DNA from: a virus
Lineage: Duplodnaviria; Caudoviricetes
Direction: 5' to 3' (one strand)
Length of the DNA stretch: 25,121 nt
Virus record (IMG/VR): IMGVR_UViG_3300017716_003308
Span: 1-25,121 of that record
The notes beneath the pieces were generated by a model, which made no database searches, was not told the DNA's origin, and was given only the letters and a program-made list of their open reading frames with translations. Numbering within the stretch: the stretch's first letter is position 1; each line of letters begins with the position of its first letter. Below are positions 7,143 through 18,400 of the stretch, in pieces. The position numbers and the translations under genes were made by a program.

Positions 7143-10126
7143 TATTGCATACAATTAATATTAATATTTATTCCTATATCCAAAGAAACTGAAGTTGGTG
7201 TAGTATCCTCTAAACACAACAAATTACTTATTGTCAACGTATTACCATTTAAAACATACGCATATTGATAATTTATTAATTGAGGTAAATATTGAATTAA
7301 TGCCAATCTCCATTGAGTATCACTCGGAGTATCTGAGATTCCATACCCTGTATAAATAAGTTCTTTAATTATTTGTTGTCCATCAATTTTTAAATCCACA
7401 TACCAATCAGTTAAAACCGAACTTGTATAACATTCATTCAACGTCAACCCACTTTGACTTAACATATTATTTATTCTATTACCTAATATGGCTTCAAAAT
7501 CGTCCACATCAGGGTCCTCATTAAACCAAGGATATATATTAAACTCAACATGTTCGGCATTACATGTATAATCAAAAATACCTGAAATAATATAACATGG
7601 ATTAACAGGTACTGGAATAAATTGACATCCTCTTTGTCTTCGATAAACAAACTTTTGTTTGTGGAATATTGAATTTTCAAGTCTAACACCTCCATTCCAA
7701 ATGGTTGTTGCCGGAATCATTTGTTCCACCAACTTTGTCCAATACGGTCCAATACCATTAACATAATCAATTAACTTTTGGTAAGTATATTGATTATTTG
7801 GAATCCCAACAGTTTGTTCAGATTCTATATATTTCCAAAATATTGATTGTAATGTTGGATATCCTCCGGTCTTACCATCAGTAATATATTGACGATTTCT
7901 AGCATTAATCATATTCTCCCAAAATGTTTGAGAAAACTCAAAGAATGTTTTTTTCTTCGGTTCAGGGTTTACATATGTTGAATCAACTCCTCCGGGAACC
8001 GGATAATTAACCGTTAATCCTGTTTCAGGGATTGGGTAATCATATTGTCTTGATTGGTCCCAAACATCATAAACTAACCCTTGGCCAGGATTTAAAAATA
8101 TGTCAACATTTTTAACATTTAACACCAACTTTTCGTTATCAACAAAATAATAAGCATTGTAGTCACCTTGAGTTGATATTCTAATTTTATCATCGTCTGA
8201 TAACCATGACTTATTATTATCAACAACTTTTCTTAATTTAAACCCTTCATTCATATATGGAAAATCCCTGAATCGGTTTAGATAAGTTTGACCATAAGTG
8301 AATGGAGTTAGTTGAGTTTGAATATTGTAGTTTTGCCCTGTGAAAACATCTCCAGTTAATTGGACTTCGTCAGGACTTCTATGTTGTGGCGTTGTTTCAT
8401 ACCATCCCGCACCGATTTGGAAAAAATATGTTTCAGTGTTTATTGGAGCTTTAGGGTATCCTTCAAAATCCATAGGATAATCACTTAAACTAGTATTTAC
8501 ATTTTGATATGTTGCAGTTGATGTGAATGCAGTGTAGAGATTACCTTTAATTTTATATGTATCTCCCGGCAAGTATGTTGGTATTGAATATGCATACGTT
8601 CCTCCTGATATTTGAGCCCATTGTGTGTCAAATTGGTCTAAATTAATTTTTTGGTCGGCAAGATAAATGTGTTCATTATATTCAATCAATGAATCAGGTG
8701 CTCCGATTAATCTCAATAAAAATTCGATTGACCTTCTTGTTCCTTTTGATTTAAACAAATAAGAAGCGTTGAGAATTAGATTTCTATAATAAGTATAATT
8801 TAATTCAGTTGGTGTAAGCGCTCTCGCATAACCAGGATATGTTGGAGTTGAAGTATTTCCAAAAACCGAACTTAAAAAATCTTCATTTGTTATTGGTGAA
8901 AAATTTGATGACCAACCTAAGGTTCTTGATAAATTAACCAATAACTCTGAAGGAATATCATTCGATGGGTTATAATTCACCGAATTCATATAAGCCAATC
9001 CATCAATGAATTGTTTTACTTGGTCAAAACTTCTACCATAGATTTGAAATATTTTCTCAACTTTCTGTCCTAAAGTATCAAATTCTTTTAATGAATCTGT
9101 AACCAAAAATCTTGATATTAAATTGGTTTTAAATGAATCAAGATTTACCGCAATTTCTTGAATTTGTTCCAAATATCGGTCAAATAAAAATGATGATATA
9201 TCTAAATTCCAAGGTCCTCTTTTTGGCCAAGTAACTTGTTGATATTCAGTGTAAAATTGCCCGTATTCATTTTGTTGAGGAACTTGAAATGATGCAGTAA
9301 ATTCAGGTCTAACTAGTCTATTTAATAGAAATTTTTCAACTTCATCAAAATCTTCTTGGAATACTTTATCCGCAATAAAATCATTCGGTCTAATTTGAAA
9401 ATCGTCTTCAATTGTAGTTGCAGTTGTGCCAAATGGAGAACCTGATACATAAAATTGTAAGTAACCTGTCGATAATGAATCAGAGGGGGTAAATGATAAA
9501 ACTTGATAAATATTATCATTAATGCTAACACAATAATCTAAATAAGTGTAATATAAATTCCTATATTTCGACACCTCAATCTCCCTTAAAGATAGATTAT
9601 TTATTGCATTTATGGTATAATCAATATCAAATGGGTTGTCAATCCTATTTACATTTACTTTAAAATAAGTCTCATCGTTTTGTAAATCATATACAACATC
9701 ATAAGCGGTATATCCGGTAATAAAATCATCGTTATTAAATTGAACATTTAAAGATGCCGGAAAATAATTTATTATTTTTGTTATCGAGACACTAAATCTT
9801 TTAGATAAAGACCCATACATTGAAAAATTAAGAACCTGTGATATGTCATAATTTGGATAAACTCTAAATTGTGTCGCAAGAATTGCTCTACTTTGTTCCA
9901 AACTTTCGATTCCCATCATGTCTAATGACATTGGTTCCGAAAATGCCCCAACATTAAAAGTTCTGTTAACTTTCTCTACAACACTTGTGGTAAATTCAAA
10001 ATTACCTTGCGTAAGTCCTCCACCCTCGACAGTTTGTAAACCTACAATGTTGTCCGAGAAAGTCCCCGCCCCGTTGCCAGGTCTTGGGGGATAAAAGAAT
10101 TTAGTATTCTTAGTCTCTACCGCCAT
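7142..10126 (-). CDS. putative baseplate wedge protein (T4 gp7 / P2 gpI-like) (994 aa)
   Basis: The motif IPSELLVNLSRTLGW...YYRNLILNASYLFKSKGTRRSIEFLLRLIG resembles the KGT-containing core of gpI/gp7-type wedge proteins. It is in the same operon as the gp25 and gp6 homologues. Confidence 0.6.
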   Translation of the reverse strand: MAVETKNTKFFYPPRPGNGAGTFSDNIVGLQTVEGGGLTQGNFEFTTSVVEKVNRTFNVGAFSEPMSLDMMGIESLEQSRAILATQFRVYPNYDISQVLNFSMYGSLSKRFSVSITKIINYFPASLNVQFNNDDFITGYTAYDVVYDLQNDETYFKVNVNRIDNPFDIDYTINAINNLSLREIEVSKYRNLYYTYLDYCVSINDNIYQVLSFTPSDSLSTGYLQFYVSGSPFGTTATTIEDDFQIRPNDFIADKVFQEDFDEVEKFLLNRLVRPEFTASFQVPQQNEYGQFYTEYQQVTWPKRGPWNLDISSFLFDRYLEQIQEIAVNLDSFKTNLISRFLVTDSLKEFDTLGQKVEKIFQIYGRSFDQVKQFIDGLAYMNSVNYNPSNDIPSELLVNLSRTLGWSSNFSPITNEDFLSSVFGNTSTPTYPGYARALTPTELNYTYYRNLILNASYLFKSKGTRRSIEFLLRLIGAPDSLIEYNEHIYLADQKINLDQFDTQWAQISGGTYAYSIPTYLPGDTYKIKGNLYTAFTSTATYQNVNTSLSDYPMDFEGYPKAPINTETYFFQIGAGWYETTPQHRSPDEVQLTGDVFTGQNYNIQTQLTPFTYGQTYLNRFRDFPYMNEGFKLRKVVDNNKSWLSDDDKIRISTQGDYNAYYFVDNEKLVLNVKNVDIFLNPGQGLVYDVWDQSRQYDYPIPETGLTVNYPVPGGVDSTYVNPEPKKKTFFEFSQTFWENMINARNRQYITDGKTGGYPTLQSIFWKYIESEQTVGIPNNQYTYQKLIDYVNGIGPYWTKLVEQMIPATTIWNGGVRLENSIFHKQKFVYRRQRGCQFIPVPVNPCYIISGIFDYTCNAEHVEFNIYPWFNEDPDVDDFEAILGNRINNMLSQSGLTLNECYTSSVLTDWYVDLKIDGQQIIKELIYTGYGISDTPSDTQWRLALIQYLPQLINYQYAYVLNGNTLTISNLLCLEDTTPTSVSLDIGINININCMQ

Positions 10127-11034
10127 TAACTTGTAATTGTTGTGAAGTTTTTACTAAAATCAATATTATTACCTCTACTTTGTCTAACCTCATAAAGAAG
10201 AGCATTAAATTGGTCTCTAATTTCATAAAGATTATACTGGCGAAAAATGTTATTTTCAGAGTCGTAGATTGTGTAGATACCATCATCAATCGATTTGGTT
10301 TGATTACCATAAAGAGCAATCGCAAGAGATGATATATCGTATTCAACCATTTCAATTTCCAAAGTAACAGGATTAAAATATGTATTACTTATAATTATAT
10401 TTTGATTTGGTTGGCCAATAAATGGTGTTGCGTTTGGTTTGTTTGTTGGTGACGAAGAAGGAGATAGTGTTAAAAATATCAAATTTGAAGTCCCTTCTAC
10501 ATAACGATATCTTATTGATTTTTGAGTGGTATTAATTTCATTTGTAACCACTGGCTCACAAAAGAAAGATGACGTAACCACTCTAAAGAAATTTGGTATT
10601 TTTGAGCCATCAGGATTTAGATATTCTATTCTAAATCCAATCAAACCTTGAGGAACAAATTTGTTTTGGTATTGAGGGGGGACATTTGAAATATCGATAA
10701 CAATACCCTTCACATTAGGTAGAGCATTTAAGACTCCACAATCTGTAATAACCGTTCTGATTTGTGCAGGTCTTAAATAAAGTGTATAAATTCCAATTTC
10801 ATTAAATTGTTCTGCAGGTAATGTTAAATTATATAACCCACCCAAAATTTCAACATTAGCATTTCCTCCGGTTTGAGTATTATTAAAATAAGGTTTTAAT
10901 AATGTCGGTGCATCAAGTTCCGTAAGGATAAAATTATCCGTTACATCTCTTGATGGAGTGTAATTTAATATGATTTGGACATCCTCAGGGCTACAATCCG
11001 CGCCTCTGATGGTCCCGTATGATCCGATCGCCAT
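10126..11034 (-). CDS. hypothetical phage (probably structural) protein (302 aa)
   Basis: Long ORF with an ATG start and a TAATG overlap with the next gene; no recognisable motif. Confidence 0.8.
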   Translation of the reverse strand: MAIGSYGTIRGADCSPEDVQIILNYTPSRDVTDNFILTELDAPTLLKPYFNNTQTGGNANVEILGGLYNLTLPAEQFNEIGIYTLYLRPAQIRTVITDCGVLNALPNVKGIVIDISNVPPQYQNKFVPQGLIGFRIEYLNPDGSKIPNFFRVVTSSFFCEPVVTNEINTTQKSIRYRYVEGTSNLIFLTLSPSSSPTNKPNATPFIGQPNQNIIISNTYFNPVTLEIEMVEYDISSLAIALYGNQTKSIDDGIYTIYDSENNIFRQYNLYEIRDQFNALLYEVRQSRGNNIDFSKNFTTITS

Positions 11035-11043
11035 ATTTTCTTT

Positions 11044-11712
11044 TTATATTATAATTAGTTTATTACTCTTCTTTATGTTCTCCTCCGCCCATAGTGGTTG
11101 AAGGTTAGTATAATGACACAATTTGTAAATTTCTTCTTCTGTTTTAGCTGAAGATAATGGAATAATGTGGTCAATGTGCCATCCGTATAATCCATAGTTA
11201 TCCCAATTCATATTATCTTTGAATTGTCTTTCCAAATGTTCTTTAAAGAATTCAGGTGTACAACCGACAATTTCAAAAGTTTTATTTTTTTTAGAAATAT
11301 GGTTAAGTTTTAAGTAATTCTTTATTCTATTTCTAAGATTACCCAATACTCTCACTTTAGGCTCATTATAATATTCTTTTAACTTAGTTGGATTATTTTG
11401 TCGGTATTTTTTTGATATCTCTTTAGATTTATTTGGGTTGTTTTTCCTCCATTGTCTGTTCCTTTCATTAACCTTATCAACATTATTTATATAATATTTT
11501 TTAGACGCTTGCTTAATGTCTTCATATTTTTCTTTCCTTTTTATTTCTCCCTTTAATCTTAATCCATCAATATTATCTTCTCTCCATTCCTTTTGTTTGG
11601 AATTATAACAATCTTTACACGAACCCATTACACCAGATTTATTTCTTTTTTCAAGATAAAACTCATCAATACTCTTTTCAATATTACACTTTTTACAAAC
11701 TTTTATTTCCAT
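11044..11712 (-). CDS. free-standing HNH (endonuclease VII-like) homing endonuclease (222 aa)
   Basis: N-terminal CxxC...CxxC (CKKC, CKDC), Lys/Arg-rich helical middle, C-terminal WHIDHIIPLS...CHYTNLQPLWAEENIKKSNK HNH motif. Its basic composition differs from the neighbours. Confidence 0.88.
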   Translation of the reverse strand: MEIKVCKKCNIEKSIDEFYLEKRNKSGVMGSCKDCYNSKQKEWREDNIDGLRLKGEIKRKEKYEDIKQASKKYYINNVDKVNERNRQWRKNNPNKSKEISKKYRQNNPTKLKEYYNEPKVRVLGNLRNRIKNYLKLNHISKKNKTFEIVGCTPEFFKEHLERQFKDNMNWDNYGLYGWHIDHIIPLSSAKTEEEIYKLCHYTNLQPLWAEENIKKSNKLIII

Positions 11713-11716
11713 ATTA

Positions 11717-11724
11717 TATAAATA
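11717..11724 (-). promoter_or_regulatory. TATTTATA putative late-promoter motif 4 nt upstream of the HNH start
   Basis: The minus strand reads AAGGTATTTATATAAT-ATG; recurrent motif. Confidence 0.45.
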
Positions 11725-11747
11725 CCTTATCTATTTTTTTTTTAAAT

Positions 11748-12884
11748 TTAATTCTTTTTTACAACATTGTAAAAGCCGTACCCATATGAAATTAAATCGC
11801 CTAAGTTATCGACCTCTCCCATTCTTTGAATCCTCTCAAAAGCCGAATTTTTTCCCCGTTCTACGAAAATATTTGTTTGAACACGAGCTTGGTCAATCAC
11901 TTTAAGTAAAACTTCATCTTTGGTGATTGGAACCGCAGTCAAATTGTTTTCAGTAAAGCCTGAAGATTGTTCGAAAAATATTGTGGTCCCATCGCTATAA
12001 TCATAGTAATTAATATTTTGAATTGTATAGGCAGTGAAAACATTAGGTACCGCGTTTGAAATATTCCCCCAAATTTGACCATTTGCAACTACAGGTGTAA
12101 TAAGTTCGTATTGTGAATTAAATAAAGGAGCTATAACAGGTTTTTGACCATATAATTGTAATTCGGTAATTCTTGACTTAGTAAGACCTGAAACGGTGTA
12201 AGGAATCGTAACATAATTGTTTGATGTTTGAGGAGCAACCTCGTTAACCGAATCTCCCGAAAATATATAATCATAACTGACTGGTGTGCTCACCCAATTA
12301 CCACCTGCAGGTATGAAAAAAGCCTCACCATTAGGATTGTTTGGAACAATATTAGTGAAAGGTGTTGTTATTGTTTTTGTCACTAAAGTTACTCCCCAAG
12401 GATTTGTTTGTTCCAAAGTTATTTGATATTGTTTATTACCAAAATAAAGATGACTAATTGAATTAGGTGTATATGTTGTTATTGTTTGTTTTGGGCTACC
12501 GTCTCCCCAATCAATTTGGTAGGAAGATAAATTCAAAAATTTTTGAAAATCTGAAGATGTATTATAAATGTAAACTCGATAAGGGTCTGATGTTGAGGAT
12601 GAAAAAATGAAATTGGATACCACATCTTTTTGTAATACCGCACCATCAAATGGGCTATAATATCCTACATCAATGGCGGTTTGTCGTATTAGAATTGGTA
12701 TGGTCAATCCCGTTAATAATGATGACCCATTAGGTCCGGCACTAAGAACTTGTGTCATAGCAGAATAAACCCCAACAGTCTGCCCTGTATAACCAGGTCC
12801 TACAGTTTGACCACTAAGGTTTACACTAAAGATATCTCCACGAATATTCTCAGGGGATATTATTATTTTATAATAATCTTCCAT
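11748..12884 (-). CDS. putative structural protein with PKD-like domain (378 aa)
   Basis: YQIDWGDGSP...SHLY....YQITL matches the PKD-type WxFGDG/WGDG...HxY...YxVxL pattern. Confidence 0.7.
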   Translation of the reverse strand: MEDYYKIIISPENIRGDIFSVNLSGQTVGPGYTGQTVGVYSAMTQVLSAGPNGSSLLTGLTIPILIRQTAIDVGYYSPFDGAVLQKDVVSNFIFSSSTSDPYRVYIYNTSSDFQKFLNLSSYQIDWGDGSPKQTITTYTPNSISHLYFGNKQYQITLEQTNPWGVTLVTKTITTPFTNIVPNNPNGEAFFIPAGGNWVSTPVSYDYIFSGDSVNEVAPQTSNNYVTIPYTVSGLTKSRITELQLYGQKPVIAPLFNSQYELITPVVANGQIWGNISNAVPNVFTAYTIQNINYYDYSDGTTIFFEQSSGFTENNLTAVPITKDEVLLKVIDQARVQTNIFVERGKNSAFERIQRMGEVDNLGDLISYGYGFYNVVKKN

Positions 12885-12886
12885 TA

Positions 12887-13720
12887 TTATGGATTAACAT
12901 ATTCATACCATTTTATGGGGATAGTTGCCCCGGCTCTTTTATTTAAACTATCATACTCTTGTTGACTAGGGTTCATACTAAATACTTGATATGTTTGTTT
13001 ATCATAATCCATCTGAACTCTATAGTAGAAATAATCTGTATTATCAAATACAAACTTATTACCAGGAATAGACGACTGAGGCATATTAATCATTTTTGTA
13101 AAAAAACCATTTTTAGCATCATAAAATTTTGCCGACATATAAAAAGTTGTAATATCTAAAAAGTTTCTTTTCTTTAACCAATAGATAAAAAAACCTTCCT
13201 TATCTCCAACATAATCCAAAACAAAATAAGGTCTTTTAATATTAACGGGAGTTCTTTGCATAATTATAGGTTTTGTTAACCCCTGTTGTGTTGGTATTAT
13301 TATTGTAATATAATTTGTTTGTCGTTTCTCATCCACATTATCATATAAATCTAATTTGAAAAATGAATTTGAAAAATTATTTGTATAATAATAAATTTCT
13401 TGGGGTGTAAACCCCTCGGATCTGTAATCGTTTCTCCAATTTCCAGAAAAACTTAAAGAACCACCTGAATAAAAATTAAATTCATATTGAATGTCGGTGA
13501 ATTCAAGGGGAACAGTTGAACTTGGGTCGTTAATTAATGTTGGAGCGTGAGCGAATCGAGTTACCTCAAAATCACCAAAACCTCCTGTTACTTTTTTTAC
13601 AATTTCACTCTCATATTCATCAATACTTTGGTCAAGACCCAAGTAATCCCAAGTCAATTCAATAGGTATCACCAATTCTTTATTGGTAAACCCCTCTTTC
13701 ATTATTTGTATTTTATTCAC
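12887..13720 (-). CDS. hypothetical phage protein (277 aa, GTG start)
   Basis: ORF track; the GTGAATAA start overlaps the upstream stop; aromatic-rich; operon context. Confidence 0.75.
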   Translation of the reverse strand: MNKIQIMKEGFTNKELVIPIELTWDYLGLDQSIDEYESEIVKKVTGGFGDFEVTRFAHAPTLINDPSSTVPLEFTDIQYEFNFYSGGSLSFSGNWRNDYRSEGFTPQEIYYYTNNFSNSFFKLDLYDNVDEKRQTNYITIIIPTQQGLTKPIIMQRTPVNIKRPYFVLDYVGDKEGFFIYWLKKRNFLDITTFYMSAKFYDAKNGFFTKMINMPQSSIPGNKFVFDNTDYFYYRVQMDYDKQTYQVFSMNPSQQEYDSLNKRAGATIPIKWYEYVNP

Positions 13721-15425
13721 AGCCGTCTATTAAAGGTTTTATTGGAATATTAACTCCACTTAAATTAAAGTTGTAGTTTATTCCTTCAGGTATTAATCTA
13801 AATTGAGTTTCTTTAAATGGGTATTGAGCAAAATTTAAAAAAGGATAATCAACCCCTCTATCCAAATTGTCAACAAACCCATAAGTATATAAATCTCTCC
13901 ATCTGAATTCTTGGTCTGAATTCGAATAATATGCATAACTTGGAACACCTTCAATTACATCAACATCACCAGTCTCAATATAATCGGAAAATACTCGTAT
14001 CGTCATAGCTGTATGAGGTTGGTAATAAAATCCCGGAACATTAGTACTAGGAGTATCTGTGGTGGCAAATACTGATTGATTGTATTTTATTTTATGATAG
14101 TATGGGGATATAATCCTCTCTTTCTGTTCATAGTCATTCCATTCGCAAAAATCACCATCAATTGTATCTCCGGATATTAAATTTTGATTATAATAAAATG
14201 TTTTTGTCTCACCACTAGTTAGAGTATAATTTGATGTTGGTATGTTTGTATTCGAATTAACCTCATTATCATCCCACCAAAAATTATCTGTATTAGTTAC
14301 ATTAAATCCCCATCCTTGTTTCAACCCAATATTAGGAGATAATGAAGGTTTATTAAAATAACCTGTATATCCTTTATTAATTATAGTTAAAAATAATTCA
14401 CTAACAGGTCTTTTTTGATTATCCAAGATTCCGTTTAAATCAAAGTCGTTTTTAAATGTTATGTTGTAACTATTACTACTTGTTTTTTGAGAAACTCTTG
14501 AAATTTTATTAGGAGTTATTGAACTATATTCAAATTTCTTTTCCTCATTAAATACATTTTTTTCAAAAGCATTTTTTACCATAATACAATCATCAACATT
14601 TGTTAATATTTTATGTTCTCTAACATAATATTCTGATGTTGTTTCTAATATATTATCAGGATTAATTACCCTTTTAAAAATACCCTTTTTTTGATTCGAA
14701 AATGTAGTTCCGGTAAAACCAACATTGTATATATTAAAAATATATTCATTACTATCCACTAACCCATTACCTAACGAATAGACTTGGAATAAGTTATTAT
14801 TATCATAACTAAACGATAACTCAACATATTCTCCAACGGTTAATCCGTGAGCCACAATACACTGAAACGATATTAAACTATTACCATTTTGGCTCGTCTT
14901 ACTAACTATAAATGGAATGCCTTCTAACGCAAACCAACTATCACCAAATTCTTTTTTACCCAAAGTTAATTGATAATATAATTCTTTTTTATAATTGTTT
15001 TGATGGGCGTAACTTAGATAGTATGTCCAATTATATGTGTAAGCGCTTTTAGCTTGATATCTTATATGTTGGTCGGATACATCAGGTCTATAAAAATCAA
15101 ATTCATAATATTGAGGATATCCAAACCATGTGTTACTAATTGCTGATTTCTCAGGTTCCACATAATATAAGGTATTTCTAAATGGTATATAACCTGTTGT
15201 TCCAACATAAGTGTTTGCGTAAATATAATTAACCTTAAATGTGGGTCTAAAAATTGTGCAAATTTGTCTCTCATCATCAAATAACTGAGATAAACTAATA
15301 CTTTGACTTCTATCGTATTCCGTGATTTGTTGACTTTGCTCCTCTAAATTTAATGAGATTTCTTGGTCAACTAAAGGTGCTGACTTATATTGTAGACTAC
15401 TTGGTATTATAGTATATTTATTCAT
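13713..15425 (-). CDS. hypothetical phage (probably structural) protein (570 aa)
   Basis: Long ORF; ATGAATAA overlap with the upstream stop; Tyr/Phe/Asn-rich; no motif recognised. Confidence 0.8.
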   Translation of the reverse strand: MNKYTIIPSSLQYKSAPLVDQEISLNLEEQSQQITEYDRSQSISLSQLFDDERQICTIFRPTFKVNYIYANTYVGTTGYIPFRNTLYYVEPEKSAISNTWFGYPQYYEFDFYRPDVSDQHIRYQAKSAYTYNWTYYLSYAHQNNYKKELYYQLTLGKKEFGDSWFALEGIPFIVSKTSQNGNSLISFQCIVAHGLTVGEYVELSFSYDNNNLFQVYSLGNGLVDSNEYIFNIYNVGFTGTTFSNQKKGIFKRVINPDNILETTSEYYVREHKILTNVDDCIMVKNAFEKNVFNEEKKFEYSSITPNKISRVSQKTSSNSYNITFKNDFDLNGILDNQKRPVSELFLTIINKGYTGYFNKPSLSPNIGLKQGWGFNVTNTDNFWWDDNEVNSNTNIPTSNYTLTSGETKTFYYNQNLISGDTIDGDFCEWNDYEQKERIISPYYHKIKYNQSVFATTDTPSTNVPGFYYQPHTAMTIRVFSDYIETGDVDVIEGVPSYAYYSNSDQEFRWRDLYTYGFVDNLDRGVDYPFLNFAQYPFKETQFRLIPEGINYNFNLSGVNIPIKPLIDGCE

Positions 15426-18400
15426 CTACAGAATATTTTGTTTTAAATTTATCTAACGCAGATTCCCCTTTAATAACCCCAAAATAAAAATGGTTTGGTG
15501 CACCCACTAAAAAAGCATTACCCCCATTAAGATTACCTGCCGTTGTAGAATAACTTCCATCACTATTAATACTAAATAGATATCCTCTTTGGTAAATATC
15601 TCGTCCCAAAGCATTGCTACTCATAAAATAACTTGGGTTACTTGTAGAATCAGCATTTCTTCTACTTAATGATTGATATTTTTGACTAAAAATATTAGAT
15701 TGGTTAGTCGCCCAATTATTTTTTTCCGATCCAAAGATAGAAGGTGATGAAGAACCTGTAACAACCGCCCATTGATAAAATGGGACATTTTGTGATTTTA
15801 TCCCATACTCATAAGTAGCAAATGTGTTAGAACTAATATTAGTTCTATAATTAATTATTCCCGGACTTAAAAAATCTTTATTTTGTAAATCAAAAGTAGT
15901 AGAAGAGAAAAATATTCCCATTGTTGGATTACCTGGTGTTCCTAAAATAACCACCGGGTCAGTATCATTACCGGTAACATTATAAAATTGAGGTGAAAAT
16001 GGAATAACACCATATTCAGAATTAATTGACATACTTTGAGCTAAGTCCCCATCAATCCTTAATTCTTTTCTACCAAACAATAGATTTACAGCCCCATTTA
16101 AACCTGCCAATAAACCACCCAAAAATCCAGCATTTGTTATTCTACTTATGACAAACAAGTTAACTAAATCCGAAGTATCTGAATAAGTCGTAGGTGACAA
16201 ACTTTTCATTATATATCCTTTAGCCGACGCATCAAATAATATTTCTTGATACACATCATCTTTCATACCTAAATTAACAATTGTTGTTGGGAATAATAGA
16301 TTTCTATCGTTAACACTAGTGTTATTTACAGGAGGTGCTCCAATAAATTTACCACTTGAAAGTAAAAATGGCGAACTTCTATAATAGAAGGTACTCGTGG
16401 TTTCATCAAAAAAAACGAGTTGTCTTGCAAACACTGAATTTGGTTTATTTAAGTCATCAAATATAACATCAGCTTGTATTGGAAACATATATAAGGACCC
16501 ATTAACCCAATTATTTGTGAATGATTGTGCCAACACTCCTCTACACAATGCATAATTAAATCTAAATCTATATCCCCATTCAGCAAACAAAGCTAAGTCT
16601 CCACCTAACCCAATTAAAGGTTCATCTACAAGTACATAACAACCATTTTCAACCTCACCTTGACTTTGATAATTTGTATTTACTCCAAAGGTTATACCAT
16701 TTCCAGAATAACCTTCTAATCCAATTAATTTCTCACAATCACTTAATGTTTCAATAACATTTTTAGATGCAAGTTGACCATCAATATCTGCGGTAACTTG
16801 TTGAGCTCCTGTTGAAAAGGAAGGACCTGTTGAAGATAAACCTCCTCCTTCAATTGAATACGCAGCAAATGATAAATTTTGTTGTAATAGTGGAACGTTA
16901 TTGTTCAAAAAACTTACATCACCTTTTTTTATATTCACATCAAAAACATCGGAAGAAGGTAATCGGTCACTTCTCATGACCATTTGTTGAGGGTTATTTA
17001 TTGATAATTTAAGGTTAGGTCCTGTTGTTCCAGTGAATTGAGGTAATAGTAAAGGACTAAAGTATAAATTCAAAATTGCGGCACCTTTATCGTCTAAAAG
17101 ATATTTACCACCGGAGTACTCTAAAAAAGGTCCTCGATACATATAAGCGGCACCTGATAAATCTTCTGTAGAATCATAAACAGTACTTGCAACTCTGAGA
17201 GGGGTGATAGGGCTGGCAGGGTCAGTAATAACAGCTTGGGGCGTTCCAAATAAATTATTAGATGGGGCGGTTACGGCAACTCCTTTCATGAGTGTAGGAC
17301 CTCCAACTGAAATAGAGTAAACTCCGTAATTACCCATATTATAGGTAATAGTGTAACCAGGTGAATTTGTTGTATAAGATATAGACCCGTTACCAAAATA
17401 TTTGTTTCCTTGTCTATCAACGATGAATTTTCTGGGTGGCGGCGGTGTAACATAAGTTGAATCCAATGCTCCATAATACCCAACATTACTTGTGGTATAT
17501 GATGAAAAGGCAAGTCCAGGTGTTGTTGACGCATTTGGAAATAAAGCCGAATTTGGTATTCCGGGTGTATAGAAATGTGAACCCGAGAATATTTCCCCAA
17601 CATTTTTATGATTTTGGACCGAAATTGTAGAATTAGAAGGTAATGGTTGAATTGGTGTATTCATTCTTGTCATTCCGGTAATTACAACATCATTCTCATT
17701 TGGGTGTCCTAAAATTTTCCCAATACCATATGTATTTGGTAACATTGGCGAATAAGGGTCAACTCCTCTTTGTAATATTAAAATTTTTTGTTCTTTAAAA
17801 TCACTTATGATTGAGGTAGGATAACTAAAATCTGGTTTGGAAGGAAAGATTGTATCATTATTGGTTTTAAATCTCCACCCTCCTCCTGATTGTTCTACCA
17901 AAACATATCCACTATTGTCTACAATTAATTCATGCCAAATACCATAAGGTTGGTTACCTAAGTTAGGTATTGAATAATTACCAGTAGTAATTTCATTTAT
18001 TGTTATCGCAGTTAATACTTGATAATACTCAATATCTGAAGGATAGATATATCTTAAACAAGCTTCACCTTTGATAATTGGGATGTTAGGGTCTACCTCC
18101 GCAGTAATAAATGATAATGATTCATAATCAATCCCATTTGGGTCAGATATTATATGTGTTCCAACAGAAAAAAGTTGAGTTCTTTTCCCTCCCACACAAC
18201 TTAAATAAGACACACTTCCTGATAGGGTTAGATTAAATGTAATTGATAGAAAACAAGTTGAATTACCCGATGGAATAATATATGAGACAACTGATGAACT
18301 TGTTTGCGCTGTCGCATAACTCACATTTGCAGTAAACCCGGTATTCTTGATAATACCATTAATACCATTTAATTTGTTATTACCAGTACTTGTAGTTCCT

